A DNA stretch of 63,838 nt, filler included, from Collodictyon triciliatum (lineage: Eukaryota), in the NCBI GenBank assembly GCA_043381765.1. It is 5 parts of 5 records of this genome, joined end to end, with 100 filler letters (N's around TTAATTAATTAA, not from the genome) between each part and the next. Parts side by side here need not be neighbours in the genome. Positions count along the whole stretch, not along the records: positions 1 to 26,773 come from JBHJMP010000412.1; positions 26,874 to 42,373 come from JBHJMP010000414.1; 3 more parts are not named here. One strand, given 5' to 3'. The notes beneath the pieces were generated by a model. That model did no database searches. It was not told the origin of the DNA and worked only from the letters and a program-made list of their open reading frames with translations. A program made the position numbers and the translations under genes. This document shows, in pieces, positions 24,997 to 37,800 of this stretch; the first letter of the stretch is position 1; each line of letters opens with the position of its first letter.

Positions 24997-26563
24997 ATGG
25001 CAGACGTCAAACCCCAAAGGCCGATGCATGATCGTGCAGATTCCTCAAGACAAGGCTCTAGTGCCCAAGGAGAATATGTGGAAGCTGGTTTTGTTGCGGA
25101 AAAGATCATAGGCTCAGGAAGCTTTGCCAACGTCTATCTCGCCTCGATGCCTGGCCACCACGAAAGAGTGGCAATCAAACGAATCCTGCTGGACAAGCGC
25201 TTGAAGGTTTTCCCAGTTCATTCCCTTTGTAACTAAAGCATTATATCTTTGCCTATGTGCGAATGGCAGCGTAGTGGGCTGTGATATCAAAAGAAAAAAA
25301 AGGTGAACTCCCCGGTTGATGATGCAAGTACATCTAACAGAGAATCCGACTTAATGACATCTTCATATCAGAACAGAGAAATGCAGATTTTGAGAAGCCT
25401 CAACCACCCCAACATTATAGAGTTGAGAAAATTCTTTTTTTCGGCTGGAGAAAAGGTAAAATTAACATCTAGGCAGTGTCTTGTTTTTATCCCAACTTGA
25501 CCAAAAAATTGTTTTCATCTTAATAGGCTCATCTCCTTTTCTTCTTTTCTTCTTTTACTATTGATTGTGGGTGAATTACGCTTATGTTTTCATCGAATAT
25601 ATATATCATTTTTATCCATATGTTAGATTTAAGTGAGTGATTTTAATAAAATTAAAAAATTACTTAAATTAAGGCAGAGGAGCAGTATGTTAATCTTGTG
25701 ATGGAATATATCCCAGAAACGTTATCCAGGATTATTCGATATTATCACAAGCAAAAACAGAGCCCTCCAACAACGACTATCAAACTTTACACATACCAAC
25801 TGTTTCGTGGCCTTGCATATCTACATTCATCTGGTATATGTCACCGTGATATTAAGCCCCAGAACATTCTAATTAACCCATCTCAAGGTGATCTTAAGAT
25901 ATGTGATTTCGGAAGGTACTTCTCTCCTTTGATAAGTGATATTAATCAAAAAGGCGATTTTATTTTCTTTTGCGTTTATCCCAGCGAAATTCCATTGTAA
26001 AATTTCTCGATAAAAAAAAGAGGAACATTCTAGTTACTTATTGTAACTGCATCACCAGCGCAAAGCACATGATCAAAGGTGATTCGAATACATCATATAT
26101 ATGCTCCCGGTATTACCGTGCCCCAGAGTTGATCTTGGGCTCATCGACATATTCTTATCCCATCGGTTCGTTTTAATGGTTAAATCAACAAAAAATGCTT
26201 GTGCAGAGATAATGAATTTTCTTCTAAATTTATCTGGTGGACCCTTTCAATAGTTGCATAATAAAAATATGACTGAATTCGGAGTAATGAAATACACTTT
26301 CCATCCCAAATATTATTTGTAGAATGTATTATTCCTGAACACAATATTCACATGTATGCTTCTTTGTAGATATTTGGGCAGCTGGTTGCGTCTTGGCAGA
26401 GATGCTTCTGGGGCAGCCGCTTTTTGTCGGCGAGAGCTCTGTGGAGCAGTTAGTGGAAATTATTAGGATACTTGGAACTCCGTCTAAGGAAGACATTTTG
26501 AATATGAACCCAAATTACACCGAGCTCCGATTTCCACATATCAAAGCGCAATTCTGGGGGAAG
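24997..26563 (+). CDS. GSK3: Glycogen synthase kinase 3 / shaggy-like kinase, 3'-truncated by the contig end
   Basis: Exons give [28 protein letters not shown]..|..[34 protein letters not shown]..|[51 protein letters not shown]. Confidence 0.97.
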
Positions 26564-26773
26564 GTTACCAAAAATAATCTCATAATGAGGAAAACTACTT
26601 TAACCTATATAATAGCTATATTCAATACTTATTTTTTCATTTCTTCTCTTTCTCTTTCTCTTTCTCTTTCTCTTTCTCTTTCTCTTTCTCTTTCTCTTTC
26701 TCTTTCTCTTTCTCTTTCTCTTTCTCTTTCTCTTTCTCTTTCTCTTTCTCTTTCTGTCTTTGTTTCTCTTTGT

Positions 26774-26873
26774 NNNNNNNNNNNNNNNNNNNNNNNNNNN
26801 NNNNNNNNNNNNNNNNNTTAATTAATTAANNNNNNNNNNNNNNNNNNNNNNNNNNNNNNNNNNNNNNNNNNNN
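26774..26873. other. Artificial contig-joining spacer
   Basis: 44 N + TTAATTAATTAA (stops in all six frames) + 44 N = 100 nt. Confidence 0.95.
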
Positions 26874-27061
26874 TACCATTACCATTACCATTACCATTAC
26901 CATTACCATTACCATTACCATTACCATTACCATTACCATTACCATTACCATTACCATTACCATTACCATTATCATTACCATTATCATTATCACCCCCATT
27001 TTAATCTTCATCCACACACCCAGCACACATCGACTTCATCTCCCGAAGCGGCCGACCGACA

Positions 27062-30000
27062 ATGACCGCAGCTGCCGACACACATGCGTCTTCGCCCCTC
27101 GGCGCGCTTTTCGGGCGACTCGCCGGACTTTACTCTGCCGACCCCACTGCAGCGCGCACAAACAGCACACACGCCCAGTTACACAGCCCAACCAACGCGG
27201 TGCCTCGTCCACACGCGGATATGACCGCCCCAATCGAGGGCCTCGCAACAGCATCTCCGGCACGCGGTGGGCTGCGGCACTCTGTCCTGGATTCGCGCAC
27301 CCTCGAATCTCCGCCGCGTGGCGCATCTCCTTTCACGCCAAAACACGCAAACTGGTCTGCAGCGTCTCGTTTGTCGCGTTCCCCGCACTCGCCGTATTCG
27401 CCGCATTTGCCGCTCTTTGCCACGCAAGACGACCCGGCAGACTTGCGGATGGTCCTGCATCACTACAATGCTCGTGGCGCAGCGCTTCGCTGGCGGAGGA
27501 TGCTGTGGCTGCTGTCGGTCGGGCTCTTGGTCCTGCCTGTCCTTCTCAAGTGTGTGATGATTGTGTGATGATTGTGTGATGATTGTGTGATGATTGTGTG
27601 ATGATTGTGTGATGATTGTGTGATGATTGTGTGATAATTGTGTGATAATTGTGTGATAATTGTGTGATAATTGTGATAATTGTGTGATTGTGATAATTGT
27701 GTGATTGTGTGATTGTGTGATTGTGATAATTGTGTGATTGTGTGATTGTGTGATTGTGTGATTGTGTGATTGTGTGATTGTGTGATTGTGTGATTGTGTG
27801 ATTGTGATAATTGTGATAATTGTGTGATTGTGTGATTGTGTGATTATGTGATTGTGTGATTGTGTGATTGTGTGATAATTGTGTGATAATTGTGTGATAA
27901 TTGTGTGATAATTGTGTGATTATGCCATATTTTATCACATAATTTAATTAGATAGGCAGTAAGATATGATATGAAACATGCTATTATTTAACATAGATTA
28001 ATTTGCTTTATTGAATATGTCTATTCGCACGTACTACATTATCAACAGGACATTTGCTGAATCAGGAACGCCGTCCGACAAATTATATGAATTTATTCTC
28101 CAACTGAACCAGCAGAATATGTATTCCATTTGTAAGATTTCATATTCTTATATTTAGTCCTTTATTACTATTACTATTCCCTAAATCGATCAGTTCATGA
28201 ATGAACGAATGTTTATAAAAATTTCTTATATGCGAGATGTCTCAATTTTTTGAGTGCAGAATCGTAAAATTACCTGATATGAATTGCATTCACAATAGCC
28301 TCTTCTACTTTTTTTTTAAAGTGAGCTAACGATGACATTTTCCATGTTTTTATATGTGCTGATATTTTCAATTTTGGTATTTCTCCGTGATGGCCTCTGA
28401 AGCGACTGTGATTTTCTTTACTTTCGCCTCCGTCTTCTATCTGAGAGTTCCTCAGAAAATTTGTCTCAACGCGACACGAGAGGAATTTCCACTTGGCAAT
28501 CTGGATGCATCCTATTTCGAGTTTCTGCCAAAATGTACTCAACTCTACCTTCTTCTTTTTTTTTTTTACTGTGATTTTGATAAATATGTTGTAAAATTCA
28601 CCTATGAATCAATTTCTTTATTCTTTTACCCTATCAATAATAATGAAAATAACTGTAATTTACAAAGAAACCTACACCGTCTTATAAAATCCGATTTTTT
28701 TTTCCTTTCGTGTTGGCACCGTTGAAATACCTCGCGATGGTAAAAAGCGTAACAAACTGCGTAATACATTACAATTATTAATGTTGGATAAAATCTAGCC
28801 CAGGTGAAGAAAGCGACGTTAGCAGAGCGCTCACTCTTCAGATATGAGCCTGATTTGAGGTATACAACAATGAACCAGGAGTATTTGAAGGATTTTTTTT
28901 CTTCGTTAGAATCCATCAGTTTATTTAAAATTCATGTGTCATTTATTTTTTCCCTCTATGTTTTTATTTATGGCTCTTACTTTCATCAGTAAAGCAGAGT
29001 CTCCACTGAAATCGGGCCTTCTTCCTTCGGCTTCCTTGACTTCCTTCGACGAGAAATATGGTCAACTCAAAAGCACCATCCTCGGTAATTTTGTTCATTT
29101 ATATATATATATATCTACTCGATCTATCCATTAAGGATTGTGCGCATGTTTCAATACTTCTCTTTATTTCTTAAAATGAAACTATATTCCCATGATTCAG
29201 ATAGTGTTGCAGTAGATGCAAATACAAGTTTTGAAGTAAACAAGCGCCAAGTCAAAAACATCGGGGGATTACTCTACTCTGGTGCATTTTTTTTCCAGAT
29301 AAAACCTCATTTAAAAACGTGCCCATGAATTTTATTCGACCGTCATTTTTTTTTAATAGCTTATGAATTGGGTTATGATAATAAATACTAGATATATCTC
29401 GAGATTCGTTCAGTCTTGGCCTTCCTAAGATGAGTTACTCTCCGGGTGCATACTCTCCTGACCACCAAAGGTTCCTTTGTGCCATTTGTTTTTCTGTCAA
29501 TGTTTGAAGTGCGCGAACCTCGAGCGCCCTGAACGCTTTTTCAAGCACATATATTAACATCCAGATTCAATATTGAGATTTAAAGCATTTGAACTCGTGA
29601 GTGAATTTTATGTCTTTTAAAAGAATTATATGCACTGTTCATTACCTGATAAAGACAATACGCATAAAAAGGGCATTCAATCGGAAATTCATATCGTCGC
29701 CTCTCGCTCATCAGGTCAAATCTTTATTCCTTTTTGATTCTATCCATAATAATCCAATACAGTTGATTATTATTATTATTTTTATTATCATTATCATTTC
29801 AAGAGTGTTACACATTTTAGAACCCAGATACGTAATTGAATGTAATATAATTTGATTTATTTTTAAGAAATGTATGGCCTTATTGAAAAATAAAATAGAT
29901 TACAAGTTTCACCAGAAGTAGCAAACATACATCTTTGGATGGATTCAAGAGAGTTAATAGTCATCCATCCATCATAAATCTTCTCTTTTTTTGTTTCCTC

Positions 30001-31429
30001 TCCGTTTTTATTTTCATACATGATTAAATGGCTGCGTTTTTTTTTTCTGTATTAAACTGTCGGAGCTACGGTGATATCTGATTAATTTATGGTTAATTTG
30101 ACATGGTAGGTATTTGCAGCCACAATTATCCCCAGATATATTCAGTACCTCGAGCGGGGCGAAGGAAAAGATGCAAGGATTCATAATCTTTATTATTTTA
30201 TTATTTTCACATTTTTTTTTGTTCAATCATATATCACGCTCTACAAAATATTCCTTTGGTCGCGACGATATCTACACACAAGCGTATACCTCCAAACCAC
30301 TGTCGACACTAATATCGTGTTGTATATATATGAAGGTCTCCACAGCACAAACACCCAATTCAAGACTCCACAGACTCAAGAGTAATGACATATATTCTCT
30401 TGTTTTTATTTTTCTTAAAAAAAAGCAGATGATAAACATGCTTACAAGATTTATAAATATCTATTATAATCCTCTCATCGTTTCCCTCGTACCTGCCATC
30501 ATGGATTTATATGAACCCATTCCACCTGAATTTCGCATGAGACTCACCACCCACGGTGCGCAATCAGGCCTCGCTAAAGACATCCATTCGTATCAATGGG
30601 ACCGCGATATCCACACCCGAGACCAAAACGCACTTGCATCCCACAGAATCACGGAAGCCCGCGTATTATACGTCTTTCATAAAAGTCTACCAATACATAC
30701 TTTGCTTGTGCACAGTGAAAGGACATGAAATATTGTCCACATTATTCAAGTAGAGATTTTTCAATTAATTTCTTTTTTTGTTGTTGTTATAACTGAATGG
30801 CATTCTTTCTTCTATATTCCCTTCTTTTTTTCTTTTCTTTTTTGGGATAATGATAAACAGTTGGTTTTTGAAGCATTTTCCAACTACATGAACGGCCTTT
30901 CCTCGTCAAAGTTTACATCTCACTACACAGCCAAATCCAGCCTCGAGAGTGAGTCTGCTCATATGAAGCCTTTCATACGGAATGCATTCTATGTATTTCT
31001 ATATTCCTACCTGAGATCTATTATAAATTATATATATACAAAATTGCAATAAATATTTTTCTTTTCTTTTCTTTCTTTCTTGCTGTGCAGTTCGAAGTTC
31101 CTCCCAAATAGTCATCATTCACGACACGGCTTGCGAGAGAGCTTTCCAAATCTACGACCGTGGAGTTGTGCGCTCGAGTGTGCAGGTATTGCAGAATTCA
31201 TTGCAATCGCACAACAATCACACACAAAACAATCACACAACAATCACAAAACACTAACAACCGCACAATCAAATCACTTCAATCACAATCGCAGGGCAAC
31301 AGCAACATATGGGAGACGATGATGGAATTCGTATCCAAAGCTGCAGACACGAGCGACTTCCGCGCCCTTCGACAGAACTCCACAGAGCCGTTGGGCGAGT
31401 TTGTCACGACTCTGAAAAAAGAGACGTAA
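27062..31429 (+). CDS. TMEM209-like nuclear-envelope membrane protein, multi-exon
   Basis: N-terminal TM (WRRMLWLLSVGLLVLPVLLK) and a Ser/Pro-rich middle. Later blocks HLWMD..|VFAATIIPRYIQYLE, YQWD..ITEAR|LVFEAFSNYMNGL..FTSHY and GNSNIWETMMEFV resemble TMEM209 conserved blocks (PTD..LVMHLFC.YLD; GRNN.F.TL..F). Confidence 0.55.
27551..27921 (+). repeat. Compound (TGTGTGATGAT / TGTGTGATAAT / TGTGTGAT)n tandem array in the first intron
   Basis: Variable 8-11-nt units beginning at the putative GT donor of the first exon. Confidence 0.9.
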
Positions 31430-31841
31430 GCAACGGATCAAAGAGAAAGTGAAAACGTCTGCATCAGCGCTAATAGGATATAAAAACAGAGGATGAAAAG
31501 CACAAAATAAGGATCGGACACGAGTAAATAAACCGCGGCTGAAAAGAGACATTCTTCCGTCGCATCAACCAGCGCGAGTCTGAAACGAACGAGCATGTCA
31601 GAGTCTTCACTTTCTTCATTGAAAAAAAAAAAGGAAAGAAAGTAAGAAAGAAGAAATCAAGTGAAAAATGTGTTCTGTAAGAAAGTTTAAAAGAAAAGAA
31701 ACAAGACACAAGAAAAGGTGTAAAGAAAGAAGGCAGCGAAATGGAAGCCTTGGCGAGGAGCGATTTCTGCCGTCTTCATCGAGGGGAAGGGGGACCAGCC
31801 GGGCTCTGTTGGTTCCGTGATGGCGGCCATTGCGGGTGTGA

Positions 31842-34800
31842 TTATGATGGCGGCACAGCGAGTGCACTGAGTGAGCCCACGAGTTCGTTCTCGTCGATGC
31901 CCTCGGACATCAGCATTGGCTGCAGCTCTGTTTCATGCGGCAACGATGTTAGCGATATACATATTAAAAGAAAAAGTCACAAAAAAAGCAGAATAAGAAA
32001 AGAAAATATAAGCCTGAACCGATCAAAGGGAAAAAATAGTAATTCTTGTTTATTTTTTTAAATAAAAAAAAAACTCACGAAGAATATCGATGAACTCTGA
32101 TATTTCCTCCAAAACAAAGACTTCCTCCTCCATCATCTTCAGGAAGGCCTTGAGGCGCTCTTGCATTTCTTGCTCTCCAGACACAAGCCTCTGCTTCAAC
32201 TCCACAACCCATGGCCTGTATATAATTCGTTACTTGGCAGTGGATATAAAGAAAAAGAAAAAGAAAAAGAAAAAGAAAAAGAAAAAGAAAAAGAAAAAGA
32301 AAAAGAAAAAGAAAAAGAAAAAGAAAAAGAAAAAGAAAAAGAAAANNNNNNNNNNNNNNNNNNNNNNNNNNNNNNNNNNNNNNNNNNNNNNNNNNNNNNN
32401 NNNNNNNNNNNNNNNNNNNNNNNNNNNNNNNNNNNNNNNNNNNNNAAACAAAGAAAACAAAGAAAACAAAGAAAACAAAGAAAACAAAGAAAACAAAGAA
32501 AACAAAGAAAACAAAGAAAACAAAGAAAACAAAGAAAACAAAAACAAAAACAAAAACAAAAACAAAAACAAAAACAAAAACAAAAACAAAAACAAAAAAA
32601 AAAGAAGAGAAAGAGAAACAGCGCAACTCACGTGGTTGCATCCGTGTCATTGATACTGCCTCTGGGCAGTCCGCTTTTGAAAATGTTTTGGAGCTCGTTG
32701 ACGATTGCAAACAAGACAAGCGCAGGACGAAGCCGCTGGCTGACTGGGAGAGCCGGGTCGAGTGGCTCTGTGAGTCGTGCAAGAATCAGCTGCTTGAACA
32801 AAGTGTAGCGATTCTGCTCCCAGTCGCTTTGCGTGTAGAGCAGCAGCGTGGCCACAAGCATGTAGCTGGCATTGTCGACCACGAGGGACGCATCGCGCCA
32901 CGAGCCGGTCGGGGCTGCGGTAAACTGGTTCAGAGCAGTCTGGAAAGAAGCCCGCGGGTTGGGCGGCTGGTCCATCAGAAAGAGGGCCATGTATATCATG
33001 TGCGGAACCATCGAGAGGTTGCTTTCGCTTCCGCCCAGCGAGTCGGTGGAGAACGACTCCTTGTTGGCCAGGCGCACGAGCAGCAGGCGCAGGTCGTGTG
33101 TCAGAATGCGGATGCGCGATGTGTTGGGCACCCGATATACGCCGCTGAGGTACTGCCAGTATCGGTCGACCTCGCTCGCATATGCGTCTGACGGGATTTC
33201 CGGCCCGCGGATAGGGAAGATGCTGTTGCAGGGCGACCCGGAGTTGCGTAGGGCGGCTCCGCCCCACTCGTCCATCGCATTGCGGCCCGTCTTTTTCACG
33301 CGCGTGTCGTTCTCGTGGCACTTGAAGTGGATGACTTTGAAGTATGTCACGGTGCAGATGCCCGACTCTTGCTTGCCTTTGGGCGGTGGCAGACCTGGAC
33401 AGGACACAGGAGAAAGGTGTTTATGTGGCATGATTTCACATTAAAAGATGTGGTCTTTCTTTTTTTTTTTTAATTGTACCAGTGCCGCTGTGAAGTTGAC
33501 CCGATATCTGGACTCGCTTGGAGTATGTGTAGAATCCAAGTGGCTGCTGCTTCTGCAAAGTGTATCCTTCGCGGCAGATGGCACATTGGTGGCCTTTTTC
33601 CTCCTCGATTTCCTCCGTCACCATAGTTGAGGCCGTGATGGATTCCAATGCCCTGTGGTGGTGGATGAGAAACTCGGCGCTGATTTATGGCTTGTATATT
33701 TTTCATTGCTTGGGTGATATGATGGAGTGCATGAAATAAGGTTTGGTATCCTACTGCACTCGCTTGCCTTTGGCCTTCTTCTTACGCTCTGCAACTATGT
33801 CATTTTGCTCCTTTTTGACATTGGCTGCGGCCTCTTCCTGTGTAGTGCAGATTGGTTTGAAAGCATATATGAGCAAAAGAGAGAATATGGCGAAAAACCA
33901 ATAAAAGGAAATAAAAGGAAATAAAAGGAAATAAAAGGAAATAAAAGGAAATAAAAGGAAATAAAAGGAAATAAAAGGAAATAAAAGGAAATAAAAGGAA
34001 ATAAAAGGAAATAATCNNNNNNNNNNNNNNNNNNNNNNNNNNNNNNNNNNNNNNNNNNNNNNNNNNNNNNNNNNNNNNNNNNNNNNNNNNNNNNNNNNNN
34101 NNNNNNNNNNNNNNNNAAAGCAAATAAAAGGAAAAAAAAGGAAATAAAAGGAAATAAAAGGAAATAAAAGGAAATAAAAGGAAATAAAAGGAAATAAAAG
34201 GAAATAAAAGGAAATAAAAGGAAATAAAAGGAAATAAAAGGAAATAAAAGGAAATAAAAGGAAATAAAAGGAAATAAAAGGAAATAATCGCATACGTTGC
34301 CTTCGCAGATAGCAGATAAACACATCCCGCTCATGGAGCCGATGTTTTTGCCACTGGGTATGGATTCAAGGCGACATAGCACTTTCACGATTCCGCTGGA
34401 CACAAGAAGAGACTGGCTTGGTGTATGCGAGCGAACAAGACCTTCATTGTTTATTTCAAGTTAAGTCAACCCCATATCAATTAAACAAATATATCTAAAA
34501 AGGAAGCATTATCATTTCAAATAAAAAAATTACATAAAAGAAAGGGCATATGAAAAAAATACCAGTAAGATACTCCAGCAAAAGTGTGACGGAATGCTTT
34601 TGCAGAGACTCTGTCCATCTGCAATTTTCAAGAAAAGGAGAATAAGGGTTAATTACAGTTTTGTTTGTAACATAAATGATTCATATATTTATGAAAATGG
34701 TTAAATGTTGGATATAATGATTCCTCACTGTTTTGAGTTTTTGTCCAGGGACGGCGGGAAGCTTTGTAGAAGATAATCAGCAATCTTTTTAGTGATTCCT

Positions 34801-37800
34801 CTGCGAAGGAAATAATCGCGCATCAGATTTCCGTTGTGGTTCACTGGAATCATCGATAAGGCCATCTTTAAGGCATTCAAATAGTGATTCTTATCCCTAC
34901 AATATCAACATAAATAAGGCGTAATTATTTAATATATTACGGTTACTCCAATTCTTACCTAAATAAAACTAGCACAAAAACTAACACAAAAACTAACACA
35001 AAAACAAAAACAAGAACAAGAACAAAAACAAAAACAAAAACAAAAACACAATACCAACATAAGACCAGATCAATTGAAAAAAAAATGATGAAAATCATAA
35101 GGTGAAATATTTACGCATCAGGGGTCTGTGATGCATCAAAATTTTCAAAGTCAAAGTAGGGTTCAAAAAAGTCGGCCAAAATCTTGAAAAGTTGCTCATT
35201 TCCATAAGTGAGGAAGGGTAGTACACGAGACAACACATTAATAATTTTAGTGTTTTTGCGTAGTTCGGGGTTACGTAATTTCTCCAAAAACATTGGGAGA
35301 TGACTTAAATCGGTCGCAATTTGTTCCTCGTCGTGCATTTCATCTATTTTAAGACATTTTTGGATTTGTCCAAATTATGTTATTTCATATATTCAGAAAA
35401 ACAAAATCGAAAACAAAATCGAAAACAAAATCGAAAACAAAATCGAAAACAAAATCGAAAACAAAAATAGGACAAAGAATAAAGAATAAAGAATAAAGAA
35501 TAAAGAATAAAGAATAAAGAATAAAGAATAAAGAATAAAGAATAAAGAATAAAGAATAAAGAATAAAGAATAAAGAATACCTTCTCCCTTACGAACAAGA
35601 TTGGCCTCTGCAACCAAGACAGATATCAGCTCGATGATATTCTGAGACAAGGCAGAAATCGAGTCTGATTGGAACACTTGTTCCAGCTTGACGAACAGAA
35701 TGGATACCCCACGAAGTTTCAGCATAGCGAGGCGGTTCTGCTTCAGTTTTCCACAGTAGTACAATATTGTCAGCAGCAGAGTGACAGTTTCGCGATGCAG
35801 CTCAAAGTTGTTCACTTGCTTTAGCCAGTTCAAAAGGAATTCAATTCCATTTGCCTATGTATTTTTTAAATCAAAATAAATAAAAACGATTCCTGAATTA
35901 TATGAAAAGAGGTTATTATGAAAAGCTGCGGGAAAGATAAAAGTAAAAAAATAAAAAAAATTAAATACAACGCAATTGTTGAGAGGTATTGATCCCAAAA
36001 TAAAGCGTATGAACGTTGTGAAAATTACGTCGCGCAAAACGGATGTAATCGCAAATTCTTCTTCGGGGTCTCTTTCCACATCCTGTTCCTCGTCGAGGGT
36101 CTCGACAATTGTCTCTCTGGCCTCTCCTTCCAATCCTTGCAGGCGATACACAACAACCATGGGTGGTAACGAGGCTCTGTCCTTCTCCGGTCTCGATGGG
36201 AGCCACACTTTTTCGTAGACCAGCTTGATACTTAGCCCAAGGTTGATAATTTTGTTATCTACAAGCAGTTCAATGCCGTTGTCGCTCTGGAAGAATATTA
36301 ATTAGAATGAATACAAACATTATGAACAGCAATAAGGAAGTATACACGTCATTTTTTTTTTGAATTTTAGATGTTTATAGGAATTAATTTATACATCTAG
36401 GAAAGAGCCCATCCCGAGGTCGACACATATCTTATTCTTTACATTTCTCATTAGAGGACCCACATCCCTTGATGAATAGGGATTGCGATTCATAGAGCCT
36501 GGGATGAATTCCTCCTGAGACGATGCCTTGTTGAGAACCAATTGATAGACAGCCTCTACTTTCACAGGACGTATTGTGATACTCATTTGCTCCAAAATGA
36601 AAAGACCAGTGGAGCCCTTCCAGTGTTTGTGGAGTGCCGACGAGCATGTGGTCATATATCTTATTTTATCTTGCTCGGAGTCACCAAAGCATTTCTTAAG
36701 TAGTTTGAGCAAGAGGTCACTGGCATCGTCCGTCAATTTGGTTTTTTGGACAACTAAGCCTCTCAGATGAAGATAGCTATCGAGTACAGTCTCCATCAGA
36801 TTTCCTTGCTTGAACTTGGTGAGGGCCAATGGATTCTCTACAAACAGGTTCATCAACTGAACTAGATTCTTGAGGACAAATCCTTGGGACATATCCGTAG
36901 AGAACGAGTTTTCAAGGAAGCTGATACGGTTCGTCTCGATGCCGATGGCTGTCAGCAGTTTCGGGATGATTCCCTATATGAAAGAGTGTATCAGTTCATA
37001 CTTCTTCCAATTTAAAGCAAGGTTAAATTCCTCACGAAAATACATACAATAAAGAACGTGTGGATGTATAATTCACATTAAGGGCATATATTCGTCCGCT
37101 TTTTCTTTTTCTTTTTTTACTTTTTACCTTGATGATCAAATAAGCTCGGTACTCCTCGCTGAGCAGTTGGTTGTAGAGTTCAAAGAATTCGCTTGATGCT
37201 TCTCCCGCCTGGGATGTGTGCTCAAGCATAAGTGTCAACAAATCAACAAAGCGCAACTTTCTAATCGCACTTCCTTTACAGAGTGTTTCAATCAAGGATT
37301 TGGTCTCCTGGCGAACCAACTGCGAGACAGGGTTAAGTAATAGCTTTCTAATCCATGAGCCTTGAATGAAGGGCGGCATTACATGCTCTTCTTTCAATAA
37401 TCCGGCCTTCTGTTTCCATACTCGCACACATTTTCTGACCATGTATCGAATTGATGGGTCCATCACAACGTCTCCCTTCTTGTCAGTGGATGTGGTTTGC
37501 TTGATGGTTTTGTTATCCGTGAATAGGTTGCTGGACCACTCCGCGAATTTGGGCTCGCTTTCCTTCCATTCGGAGTAAGAAAGCTTGGGGCAACGGTCAA
37601 GAGCCCTTTCAACCTCAGCAGGAAATTTAGGGCTGCTTGAAATGACACAAAGCTGTGATATAACTCGAAGGCAAGGAAGTGTAATGGCCTCCGTGATGAG
37701 AGGAGAAAGATATCCTTTGGAGATGGCAGAAAAGAATATCTCAATGACAAGTTTCAATCTACTTTCCCACACGCTATCTTCAATCATGCACAATTCGGAA

